A stretch of DNA of 64,000 nt from Psammoneis japonica (lineage: Eukaryota): positions 124,001-188,000 of the forward strand of contig QPGO01000007.1 of assembly GCA_008632985.1 (NCBI GenBank). The letters run 5' to 3'. A program made the translations under genes and the position numbers. Shown here in pieces: positions 51,992 through 64,000 of the stretch (positions within the stretch are counted from its first letter, which is position 1; every line of letters begins with the position of its first letter). Under the pieces are notes generated by a model. That model made no database searches. It saw only the letters and a list, made by a program, of their open reading frames with translations, and was not told the DNA's origin.

Positions 51992-53879
51992 TCCTCCACC
52001 TCATTGCTCTTCCTCATTCTTTCAAAGAGTGACCAAGAGCAACAGCCACAACTGAGATAGTTTCAATGCTGTCAGAATGGTGCAGAACACCTTCCACCAC
52101 TGTGTTTGTTCGCAGAAAGAAAATCTTTTGATTGTTTGGACACAACCATCAAACACGGGAGAATCGTGACACATTGAGCATTTGAGTGCCATCATCATTG
52201 CGATCGACGCGCACACCCAAGGTGGAAGTTTGTTCGGGGATGTTCGACACCCGACATCTTGATTTGGGAGGTTTAACTTGCATCAGACTTTACGTCGTAC
52301 GATCATTCGGACGAAGGACAGACGGTGCGCACTTTCACACATACACGCAAGGGCCCAAACGGACAACAGACGGACTGACGACAGACAGACGGTAAACCCA
52401 GTTCGCGACCGACTCGTGGGCACCTGCCCATCTTTGAGTGGCTGATTCATTGTTGCCATTCCGTGTGAGAGCCGCTTCTCACACTTGCTCTGAGGTTGTC
52501 CCAAGAGCTGCTGGCTTGGGCATCGGGCTGGCATGTGGCCACTTCTGTGGTTCTGCCACGATCATTCTGAATTTTGTGATCAGCTTGTGCTGGCTGAAAA
52601 TGACTGCAGAGAGCAGAAGAGGATGAACAATCCATGAGGAGGAGCTGCACCAGTGGAACAAGGAGTGCAAAATGCCCAAAATGCCACTGCACAGCCAGTT
52701 CAGGCACCCCACCCATTTTTTTTTTGCCAAATGACACAGCCACATTTTACATGTGACAACAAATGCAAGTGCACTGTGGGTTCATTGACTTGCAACAATT
52801 AAAAAAAAGTGTGTGCTCTGCACACAACAAAATGCAGCACATGGAGAACTTGTGAGGAATCATGTGCCTCCAGACACGAATGTTTGAGATTTCAAATTTG
52901 TCGCGCGACTTGTCGAAACCCAATGACAATGGCGACCGCGAACGCAGTGTGCTCCATCAACAACCACAAACTCACCATGACACTGACATGTGTCAACAGC
53001 TTGTAAATTGTGTCACATGTGTGTGCCTCACTGTGCTTTGAAATTGATTGATCGCATCAAAATCCACTGAAATGTTCAATTTTTTGCCCATCACTTTTCG
53101 ACCGCATGAGTCGACAATGAGCCCGTTGCACTCTCATGTGTCAATTGCACTGCACACAAGTTCACAAGATGCGACACACTGTTGATTGTTGTGGCTCTTG
53201 AAGGTGTTAATGTCAAGAAAATGGTGACTGTAGAGTCCCCATGGTGAGGTTGTTTATGCGGTTTCCGGCTGTGGCATGCCAACGGCGAATTCGCACTGAA
53301 TCTGAGTCATGCTTGTCGAGTTAGCATGGCTGCCGCTTTGCGATTCATGTGCCCACCATTCTCAGTGGTGGGGCCGGCAGCAAAAAAAGAAGGTGATTTG
53401 GCAGAAAAAAAATGGCTCAGTTCAGGCACCGGTTCAGGCCACTGCTGCCACAAGTGCCGGCACCACCAGCTGCGCCCGGAGTGCAGTTCACAGGAGCAGG
53501 TCAGCTCCTGCCACCTCCACCAGCAGGTGCGCCGGTGGTGGCACCCCCAGTTCTTAGAAACCACCAAGACCACCATGCTTTGGCTTCAAAAGATCCCCAC
53601 AATGGCGACCATGCTAAAGCCATGCTTGATTTTGCTGTGCCCATGCAGCAGGGAGCCTTCTGCCACAACCCAGGCACTCTCCATTCTGGGGTTGCTTTGG
53701 CCTCCAGTCATGACCTTCCCATGGCGATTGTCACTCACTGTTGATTGCAAGGGGCGGCCAATGAGGGGCAAACACAGGTCATGCATCGGGTGTCAAAAAA
53801 ACTTGCTCCATTGCTGGCAATTTGACTTGTGGACAGTTTGCACTTGTCAAGTTTGGCAACGATGCATTTGCTCTGGCAA

Positions 53880-56800
53880 ACCAGGGCACATGGGTTCCAC
53901 CTCATGACGCCCTGTGCACGCACATTGCAGCTGCCCCCAACGGGCTCCACCCTCATGTGCAAGCCAGTGCTCAAGAGGCAGAAGAAGTTTGCACTCGAAA
54001 TGCCATGTGCACGCCTTTTGAGTTTGTTGGTCTACTTCTGCCAGTGCCGCTCAGCCCCAAGGATGCCTGCACTTGGGTCCATGGAGCAGCCACAGCCGCA
54101 AACAAGGCTGCTGACATTGCACCCCTGCTGGACTGCCCAAGGGCAGCATGATGTGCAACTCAAAATGCACAGCTTCAGTCTGCTGTGGCACAGCCTTGGC
54201 CTGCAATGACCCACCCACCAAATTCTGCCTTGATTTGAATTTTTGACTGCAAGGTGGAGCGAGACCTCCCGGGTCACAGCAGCAAAGCGCAACCCCAAGC
54301 ACAGCATTTTCAGCCTGTTGTGGCAGCTGTTGGAGGTCTCACCACAGAGCAGTGACAGCAGTGACTGGATGACGATGCCAGGTGAGCCACCACCTCATGT
54401 GGCAAAACTCCTGGAGAATTCTGGAGTGCCTTTGGCATCACCAAAATTCTCCGCTGGTGCCAGTCCTACAACAAAGCAGCCCTGCCACCATTGTGGGCTG
54501 CACTTGCTTCAGCTCCCAAGACAGGCCACCTGGCTGTCATTCAGAATGCCATTCATGAGCAACGCCACGCACTCCAGGTGTGTTTTGACCTGCCAGTCAC
54601 CGTGAGTCTCTTTGCCAAGCTGGCTCAGCTGGATTTTGCTGGCCACAATCAAGAAGAGCCCACACAAGGGATTGACCCTTTCTTGTTCAGCCTCACCACC
54701 CCACAAGCTGTGGAACAAATTGCCTGCCAAAATGCCGTGCATTTGCAGATCCATGGAGGCACCAGATTTCCTCACCCCAGGACACCCAGCTCCTTGAGGC
54801 ACCAGACAAAGCACTGGTGGCTGCCACAATGCAGGCAGCCATGCAGTCACATGACAGGTGCCATCTCATTTTTTCAGCAACAAGGGTGATGACCATCCCG
54901 TGGTGCAGTGGCTCACTTTGAAACATGCCGACATGGACTGGCACGCCAATGTGGACCTCCAGCAACATGCACAAGTGGAGATCCACTGCTGGTTTGTGTC
55001 CCAAGCAGCCACACACCAAGCAGTCCCCTTCGTGGGGTGCAACATTGTTCATGAGGCAGCAAAGGGGGCCATGTCCTGGCAATTCTGCTTGCCCCTGTCT
55101 GTGTTCCCTGTGACAGCGGCAGCCCCCCACCACCAGACCAGACCAACCCAGCACCACTGCACCAACCCCGTCTGACACTGCACGGGTGGGCACCAACAGC
55201 ATTGTGCGCAACCTTTCCTGTGACTCCCGGTTTGCAATGCTGCATGACCGTCCAAATGTGCACTCTCACGATGTCAAACTGTGATGTGCCAGGGACAAAA
55301 TTGAGCCACCCAAAGATGACCAAGGACACATTTGCTAAAACCCTCATCACATCAAAGGACAATGCAATTCCAACTGTGGCTCCAGCTGTGATCACCACAA
55401 TGATCACACTGATGCTGAGCAGCAGCGCTTCCTTGCCTGGGGTGAGGAACACTGGAAGACCAAATGGGTCTTTGGCAATGGCACAAGTTCAGGGACTTGT
55501 CACCAAGAGCCTTTGTTGGTGTCGGCCAAACGGCTGGCACATCCACAACCCCAACTGTAGAGAGTTTGAAATGGCAGCGCACCCACCCCACTGCATGTGG
55601 ACAGGACATGGCTGCCACAGTTTACAATGATGAATTGGGTGAGCACATTTTGACAGACACTGCTTTGTTGCATTGTGAAGGACTCAGCTGCTTGTTGCAT
55701 CATCGCAGCAGCAGAGGCAATTGGCCCACCCGCTGGACCAAAGCCGACAACACTCAGCCCACAGGTTGCTGTCCATCTGCAAGCACCAAGGTGCCCCAAT
55801 CACTGTCACTGATCCACCATGGACACATGCTGAGCTAGATGCCAGTGTCACCAGAGGGTCGCATGAGTCTGCCTGTGAGCATGTCGATTTTTTGTGTGAT
55901 GACATGGCTGATGTGGTTGAAAAAGGGTTCTGGACCATTGTTCCACACTCCGAAGCATGCGACACCCCAGGCTTGCACCTCAGTCCCATTGGTGCAGTTG
56001 TGCAGCATGGCCACCAACCACGTCCAATCATTGACTGCACCTTTTGTGGTCTCAATCCAGCCACTCAACCCAACACTGCCATTGAATCCATGAAGTTTGG
56101 GCGTGCATTCGACCGCATTCTCTGATGCATCCTCCTTGCCAATCACAAACACAGCAAGGTCTGCCTGATGAAGATTGACCTTGCCGACGGCTGCCACAGG
56201 ATGCAGCTTGTGCCCAACCGCACACCCATGTTGGGTGTCACATTTCCCAACCCACCTGGAGAACCACCCCTTGTTGCCTTCCCAACTCACCTCCCTGTGG
56301 GATGGGCCAGCTTGCTGCCACTGTTTTGCACTGCAACTGAAACAGCTGCTGACATTGCCAATTTTGACATCATGCGCAACATGCAACCACCCCCGCACCA
56401 TTTGGAGTCATTCCTTCAGAGCCGGCCTGAGAAGCATCAACTGCCGCCAACACCTGATCCATCCCATGCCGTGCCTGTCCCCACAGCTCCCGATCCACAC
56501 CTGCAACACCATCACCACAGATGCCTCCAGCAAATCGAAACTCATGTTGACGATTTTGCAGGAGCTGCACAAGGGTCACACCGGGCACGTCACAACCTCC
56601 ATCAGGTCATCCTCCATGCATTGGATGATGTCTTTTGACCACTTGACTCACTGGACCCTGCCACCCACAAGGAGCCTGTCTCTGTCAAGAAGCTCTGCCA
56701 GGGTGATGCAACTTGGCACCACTTTGCACCAGGACTTCCCTCACACACGTAAATGTGCAACCGCCACAGACTTCCACAAGCTCTTGGGTGAACTTTGCTC

Positions 56801-57258
56801 ACTTGGCATTGCACTGCCAGGCTCATGGGGTTTGTGCTGTGAGCTTCAAAAGAACCTCCAGCACACCACTCAGGACTCCCGGGTCTGAATCACTCCCAAC
56901 TCACACTCCACTTAAGATGATTTTTGGTCACTTGAACCCACCCTTGAGTCACAACCTGTTTGCACTCAGGAGCTTGTTCCATTGCAACCCATGCTCACTG
57001 GCTGCCATGATGCAGCCGGCCATGGTGCATGGTGCAGGCGGCGTGCTCATTCTGACAGACACCACTGTCCCACGAGCCGCCAAACTCTGCTTTGCCAATG
57101 GCCGTCACTGCATCCAATGTGATGCAGGACCCATTGTGTGGTGCACGCCTTTCCCCAAATGCATTGCCTCCCAGCTTGCCACCTGCAAAAACCCATGTGG
57201 CCCCATCACCAACAATGATTTGGAGCTGGCGGGCAGTGTCATCCAATCCCATGCCACT
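53880..57258 (+). mobile_element. Decayed Ngaro/DIRS-like retrotransposon (gag-like ORF, RT, RNase H), cut by the Copia LTR
   Basis: LSPIGAV..PRPIIDCTF, ESMKFGRAFDRIL, KIDLADGCHR, LPVGW..FCTATET, HVDDF, GAGGV, ITNNDLELAG. Confidence 0.8.
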
Positions 57259-57534
57259 TGACAGAAATTGAAGGCAAATGGCAAGAATTCAAACAACAAC
57301 TCCTTGCTGCTGTCTAAACAGCAGATGAGTCTCCACTCAGAGACCGTCACAGGAGCCGAAAGACGTGCAAGTCAGCACAATCGGGCTGCTGTTGTCATTC
57401 TTGTGAGCCTTGTGGCTCGAAAGCAAACTGCATCACGCGCAAACGCGCGGAACTAAAGCACACAAAACTGTGCACGGTGAACTAAACAGCGCGCGACATT
57501 TCGCGCGCACCCAAATCCTGTTCAAATCCTGTCA
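57259..57534 (-). repeat. 3' LTR of the Copia element (276 bp)
   Basis: Ends TGACAG...CTGTCA. Preceded on the minus strand by purine tract GGGGAG just after the RNase H region. Confidence 0.75.
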
Positions 57535-60500
57535 CTCCCCAGTTTGCTTGAGGAGCCACAGAAACAGACTCGACTTCAGATGGAATGAAGTTCCAGAACA
57601 TGAGGGGGCGCAGAAGGTCCCAGATTTGGGAGCAACCCCAATGCTTGCTGAGAATGTCAGCAGGGTTGCGGGAGCCTTCGATGAAGTGGAGCTCAAGGCA
57701 ACCAGAGGCAATCGCCTCACGCACACGGTGGAACAACAGTGTGGTGTGTCGCTTGTGTAACTTGGAGTGTGGGATGGTGGCACTGTCTACAACCGACTTG
57801 TTGTCACCGAACATGCAACTGACATTGCGGATCGGGACGCCAAGGTGGCGCAGGGTGATGCGCAGGTCGACAATCTGTTCGACACAAGTCCTTGCGGCAA
57901 CAAATTCAGACCCGCAGGTCGCAGTCTCCATGGTGGCTTGCTTCTTAGAGAACCAATCAGCCGGGAATTTGTTGAGGAAGTGGAGCATTCCCATGACAGA
58001 GCGTCCGGTGAGCATGCAATGGTGCAAGCTTGCATCGACGTAGTGGGCGGCAGTGACGAACTTGCCAAGGGGCGGTGGAGCGTCCTTCAGGATCATCTCT
58101 TCTGCTTCGCCGTGCACGGAATGCATCCATTCACAGGCCGGAGCAGGGAGATCCGAACAGTCGGGCTCTTCCGTGCGAACGCGGAGAGCGCCGTGTTGCA
58201 TCTTGGAGAGGCACCCACAGACGCGTTTGGCACGATCCAAGTGGCCTTGACGGGGTGCAGCTCGGAAGCTAGAGAGTGACTTGACGGCCGTGGCAATGTC
58301 AATTCGACCAAGGGACACTGCCCATTGGAGTGAACCAACAAGAGACTGGAACTTGTGAATGCCATCGGGCTCCAGCAGTTCGGAAGTGTCCAGTTCGGGG
58401 TGGTCACCCTTCTCCAGAGGTGACAGGGCATTGGTGGCAGGTTTCTCCCCAAACAGTCAGGTGCAGCTGTCGACCATGCGCTCGATGTACTTGCGCGGAG
58501 ACAGGCACAAGGTGCCGTCGGGATCCCGGGAAAAGTCGCAACCCAGATGGAACTCAATGGGTCCCGCACCCTTGAGCTTGAACTTGCACTTTTCCGTGAG
58601 AGTGTCGACAAAAGATTGAGGGTCCTTCACAGCAATGGCAAGGTCATCCACACAAACGGCAATGTGTTCACAGTGGTCGCCGTTCCTGCGCATCCAAATG
58701 TCGGGTTCGGCGCGGCAGGGGAAGAAGCCTTCAGCTCGCAGGCAGTCGGCGAAGCGCTCATGCCAGCGGAGACCGGAGCTGCGCAGTCCACACAGGGCCT
58801 TGTGGATGACAAGGATGTGTCCTTCGAGTTTGCCAAATTCGGGTCTGGCTGCAATGTAGAGCTTCTCCTTGGTGGTGGCTTCAAGGCAGGCATTGCCAAT
58901 GTCGGTGGCCCATGTCTCCAACTCGTTGAGTTCGGCCAGGAAAATCATCAGCCGAAGGCCACGGAGGGAGACTGCTCCGGAGTGGACACTGTCGATGGGT
59001 ACGTCCGTGAGGTGCCCATCGGCTGCGAGTTGTGCTTTGTGGCGACCGTCGTGTTTCACGTCGCACACCAGGTGCACTCAGATCTTCTTGTGTCCAGCAG
59101 GAGGAGTGGAAGACTCGAAGGGCCCGCAGTCATGGAAGACTTCGTATTCCCCGAGTTGGTCCATCTCGAGATTAGTTGCGTCTCCCCATTTGCGGTTGCC
59201 GTTGCGTTCGTCTGGTGACATGGCATGTTTGCAGTTCTGGGGAACTTCGCATCCGTGCTTGCAGCGAGGTGCAGTGCGGAAGGAGCGAAGCTTGGCTTGG
59301 TTGGCCATGCGAAATGGCTTCTTCTGGTGCCTCGCGATGGTGCGGAACCGCTTCCAGCCATCAGTGTCGAGAAGTCCGTTCTCTCGTGCACAGATGGCGC
59401 AGGTGACGGGGTCATCCTTGGTGATGATGGCAAGAGGCTCGGACGTGATCTCCCCACTTTCCCATTCAAGCATGATGTTGTAGCTTGAGCCTTTCCAGGT
59501 TGGGTCATGAGGCTTCAGAGGTCCTTCGTGTGACACGATGTGTCGAAATTTCCAAACAGCAGTGTCTTCGTCTTCTCGCTCAATGTGATTCATGATGTCG
59601 TTGCAGGCAAGGACTTCCTCGCATTCATCATTGTTGACAGAGCAGACGAACTTAGTGAGCTTGGGATTGCCGTTCACTTTCCATTCGTGGTCTTCGACGG
59701 CCTTGACGATGCGAGCTCTGTGGCGTTGTCCGTCCTCTTGTGGCTGCATGAGGAAGGTGCGTCCGATGATGTCTTGCGGATCGAAAACTGGCATCTTGGG
59801 TGTCCTGATCTCCCCATCAGGAGAATCGACGGGGTTGTCGTCATGGCGAGATTTGATGATGGGTTCAGGTGGCTCCCCATCAGGAGGATCAAGATGCAGG
59901 TTTCGAACGGGCAGGATCGGTGGCAGCGGATCGTACGTTGGACCGGCAGAGGATCTTCTGAGTCTCGTCAGAGAGAATCTTGAAGGTCATCTGGTGGCCG
60001 ACGTGCTCAGCAATGCCAACAAAGCATCCACGCAACTCACGGGATTCGGATGGCCAATCGGAGTCATCGAGGTGGAAGTGCACGGGTTCCCACCAGTGAA
60101 AGCGAAGCAATGGGCTGATGTCCGGGGTGGAGCCAGTGAGAGTCTCGAGGGGCGTGCGCCAGTGGAGACGTGGGGACGCTGCATGGTTGAGCATGAAGCA
60201 CACGCACATGAGCGCCAGCAGCCATGTGTGGGCAGGTGAACCGAAACGATCCATGACAGTGTTTGCCATGCGCTTCACGGTCTGGTGTCAACGCTCGGCA
60301 AAGTTTTGGTGTTGCTGGTGAGGCTCACTTTGCCAGCTGGAGATGAAGAGGGCTCGTAGAATCCCGAGCACCTTGTTGCTGATCTCAACTTGAGCACGGT
60401 CGCCAATGAGTTTGGATGGGGCACCACGCTCACGGATCTGATCCTCGAGTGTGTTGACAAACTCCTTGTCCGTCTTGGTGCCACAGACGTCAGTGACGGT

Positions 60501-63500
60501 GGACTCGGTGCCAACAAACAGTTGGGCGCTGGTGCAGCCAGAGTCGACGGCCGGGGTGTCGGCACAAATGGTGTCAGTGGCGATGGGCTCGTTGCGGCGG
60601 TGCACATTGAGGGCGGGGTTGGGTGATTTGTGGGCCTTCCTAAGGTGTGCACTGGCGGGCATGCGGACGCACTGCGTGGTGCAGTCAAAAGTGCGACGGA
60701 CCGTGTCGGCAGGTGGGAAGCCAAAGTGAGGCCGAAGAGACTCGAAGGGGGGGTCCTTGGGCTGCACAGTGCGCTCTGGGGGCGGAACGTCGTCGTCCTT
60801 GGGGTCAATCGCGTGTAGATGACACTCGTAGAACACGTCATCGTTCGGAATGAGGTGATCATCAAGGGCGGATGCGTGATCGGCAGACAAGGAAGCGGAC
60901 ATGATGGCCTCGTTGACAACGACACGATGACGGCAGTTGCTGCATTCGTCAAATGGGTTGGCAGTGGGATCATCCTGCAGGTCAGAGATCGCGTCGTGCC
61001 ACTGGTCATCGTCAGTGACAGAGTGATCGAGGACGGAAGGATCCCATGTGTCATCACCGGTGAGGATGACATGGGGCAGGGTGTCCCATTCGGCGTCAGT
61101 GCAAGGTCGCATGGCAACACAAGGCAGGCTGCCCTTGATGTCAATGGGGATGACATGGCCATCAGGAGTGGCAACACGTTGCAAGCCGTTGGGCACCTTG
61201 ACAGAGCGATCGTTGACATCCTGTTTGCACCACTCGAGCTGGCCGCAGGAATGGATGGTCTTGCCCTTGCCCGTGCATGTGCACTGATGGAGGATGGTGA
61301 TGACGGGACCACGCTGGGTCTCAATGACGGCACCCGCGGTGACAACAGGGATGTCCACCAATTGATGGTCATCAATGCCCTGAACGTCGACTTGGCGAGA
61401 GGTGCGTGCAATGACGCAAACGTCGTCGCCAGCAATGCCGCCATTGGCCCCACGATCGACCAGAGCACCAGTGCGTGTGGAGCGATGAGCAGAGGCAGAG
61501 CAAATGACATTGTGGTTGTCAACGCGACGGCAAGTGCGGCCGTTGAGTTCTGTGTCATCGGCAGAAGCTGGCGGGGTAGAGGGAGTGGAGGATGGCCCCG
61601 GTCGACTGGCGTTGGGGGCTTGGTTAGGAGACAACAGACGTTGCAGATCACCGGGTGGCAGTGGCTTGCGCTTGGTGAGGTGCGCCAGGATGGGATCATC
61701 CGAAGTGGCATCCACACTTGGAGCGGAGTCACCAGAGTCAGCAGGAGTCGTGTTGGACAAGTTGACATCACCGTCACTCCCAAGGCGTTGGTCGTGAAGG
61801 TTGGCCGCAATGGACTCATGGCAGTTGCTGGCTCGCGGGTTGCGGGGAGGCGGACGAGAATGCTCAAGGATGATCGCCTTGGAGGAATGGGGCAACGAAT
61901 CCCAAATCCGTTGGTGGTCGGGAGGGAGACGTTTCCATTGGTCGCCGGTGAGGCTGGGACCACGGGTGCAGGCAGCATTGGCCTGAAGGACGTCAATGTC
62001 GCTGTCAATGTCGTAGAACACATCGTCGGACGGTTCCTCGGAGTGGACATCGTGTGCGCACATGGCACGTCAGGGAGCTCGAGGTGTCGTCTTGGGTTGA
62101 AACGCACTGTTGCATTGAGCCGCTGCGGAGAGGAGCAAGCCACAGCATTGATCGCACGTGAGGCTCTTGCCACTCTGCGCATGATGCTGATCAGCTTGGT
62201 TCTTGACAGCACGGAGTTCCTCGACAGGGTGTGCGGCATTCTCGAGCATGATGCGCTTCTGTCCTTCAGAGAAGTGGTCACTGGCCGGGATGAGTGCCTC
62301 GTGCTTGCGCAACTGATCTTGCCAATGAAGGATGAACCCGTGGGTCAGACCTTTCCAAGCAACCATCACCAAGACGTGCGGTGGTGAGGTGCGCGAGCAA
62401 GGTGGAGGACTCGACAGATGCGCGGGTGGAGGCAAGCGCACACTCAGACAAGGCGCGGCAGACGGTCTGGGCGTCAGAAGACCCCACATTTTCGCGAATG
62501 AGAGCCTTGCCCTTGTCGGTGAGAAGAATGCGTTCGAAGACAGCGAACATGCACTTTTGCTGTTCAGCAAAGAGCAGTTTGTCTTCGGGGCTGGTCGGTT
62601 TGTACGACGAGTCTAGAATGCACTCGACATCTTGGGCACGGGCTTGTGCCACAAGTGAGGTGTGCCAAGTGTGCCACTGCTTGTCGGATTTGAGAGCCGT
62701 GAAAGCGGTGGGGTCACGCTTGATGCCTCGCTTGAAGTCTCGCACCGGGTCGCGTGCCTTGGTCGGGTTGGTGACATGCAGAGGTGCGATGGGTGAGCTG
62801 CCGACGGACACAGAAGACATGCAGTCGGGGCTGAGGCGGCAGGCAAGGAACTCGTCATGCGTGAACAACGAGGAGTCATTGGCAATGTCAAGACCTTCGT
62901 GTGCTTTGACAATGTACAGACTAGTTGGAGCTGCTAACATGTTCTTATAACCACGGGGCAAAGGGATCACATCAGTGCCGTTGTCGCACTCAAGCGAGTC
63001 GATTTGGGACGGTATGAACGTGAACAGTTCTTGATGCGAGTCCGTGCCGTCTTGGGTCAAAGCCAAACGAAGAGGGCTCCCAGCACCTTGGGCAAGCACA
63101 GTTCCAACAATGTGCTCGAAACCATCGGTTTGTTGCTGACGAGTGAGAACCATGGCAGACAAAAGTGGTGTCAGGACAAGCAATTCTTGTTGGGAAGCGA
63201 AGGTAGACTTGAAACTTGGGTGAGAACAGACTTGACTTGAAGTGGACTTGACTTGAAATCTTGAACTGCCTTAAAATCAGAAGTCGCCGGGCTGTGCCAT
63301 CCCGTTCGTTGTCAAGTGCTAAACTTCCTGTCTGGTCCGTAGAGTTGTGCCGGCACGTCCAAACCCACAGCCAGTGGCGCTTTGGGTTGCTTGCAAGCGG
63401 AGCAGCGGGTTGTAAACCCCTGCAGGTGAGCTGACTAGAGGTGGACAAGACCCCCGAACCGTTCTCATTTTACATCGGTTGGATTTCCCGATCAGGCTGG

Positions 63501-64000
63501 CCAGTTGACGCAGGCGTCAGGCGCTGTGGACGAACGAACAAACGCGGGAAAGCACCCTTGCCCCAACGCAGGCTGCAATCACGGCTGCTTGCTCTCACAG
63601 TCGTCCTCGTGGACCTGGCAGAACTGCAGAGCACCAGCAGTCCGGGGCAGATCAGGTGCAATGGACTCGGTGTGCTTGCAGAGTGGCAGCAAAACCGCAG
63701 TCCGAAGAGTGGGTGCAAGTTCTTGGCCGTGAAGACATGCACACACACATGTCTTCAGCGACGAAGATCCTTGAACATGTGGGGTTCTTGACCGTTGACC
63801 GATGAATGGGTGTGTCAAGGGATGAGGATCAAGGATGGACTTGGATGTGACCGTTGAATGTGTGTCTTCAGCGATCAAAGGCAGTGTGATCAATCCAGAC
63901 ATCCAGCGGCAAGGAGACTTGACGGTGACGTTAACTTCCTGCCGATGCCCTGGTGTTGAATGCGCGCAGACTTGCCGATGTACGTAGAATGCACACGGAG
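57259..64000 (-). mobile_element. Ty1/Copia (CoDi-type) LTR retrotransposon: gag, PR, INT, RT, RNase H; 5' LTR not seen within the window
   Basis: gag RDFKRGIKRD; PR ALVDRGANGG; INT SEPHQQHQNFAER; RT DIGNACLEA, KALCGLRSSG, CVDDL; RH ETATCGSEF, FGDNKSVV, NPADILSK. CGA>TGA stops at 59078 and 58457, plus frameshifts. Confidence 0.93.

Noticed and set aside
24641..59077. Alternative genetic code or RNA editing restoring Tyr from Cys/His codons
   Set aside because: Intact genes use standard Tyr codons, and the affected elements also carry stops and frameshifts.
60275..62387. Long alternative-frame ORFs (668 aa minus, 522 aa plus) overlapping Copia pol
   Set aside because: No recognisable motifs. 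Explained by loss of TAA/TAG in TpA-depleted DNA.
63184..64000. 5' LTR of the Copia element
   Set aside because: No match to 57259-57534 was seen. Probably a long 5' leader with the LTR beyond the window.

Overview
Eukaryotic genomic DNA, most likely from a diatom (inferred from short GT-AG introns and diatom-type Copia and Ngaro-like elements). The window has two intact islands. The first (~7310-20600) holds a 7-exon RME-8/DNAJC13 gene and a convergent FAD-dependent monooxygenase. The second (~46680-48610) holds a Crinkler-like nuclease ORF. The rest is decayed transposons (Copia, Ngaro/DIRS-like, Crypton-like, a DDE transposase, MITEs, a probable SINE), pseudogenes and tandem duplications. 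The main observation is that everything outside the islands has lost nearly all TpA dinucleotides, converted to TpG or CpA (A>G on either strand), in addition to ordinary CpG decay. Three internal copy pairs show the change base by base. The youngest-looking Copia has lost TpA while keeping most CpG. This suggests a repeat- or heterochromatin-targeted A:T>G:C hypermutation process running opposite to fungal RIP, which creates TpA. All homology calls are from motif recognition and all composition statements are by eye; nothing was computed or searched.
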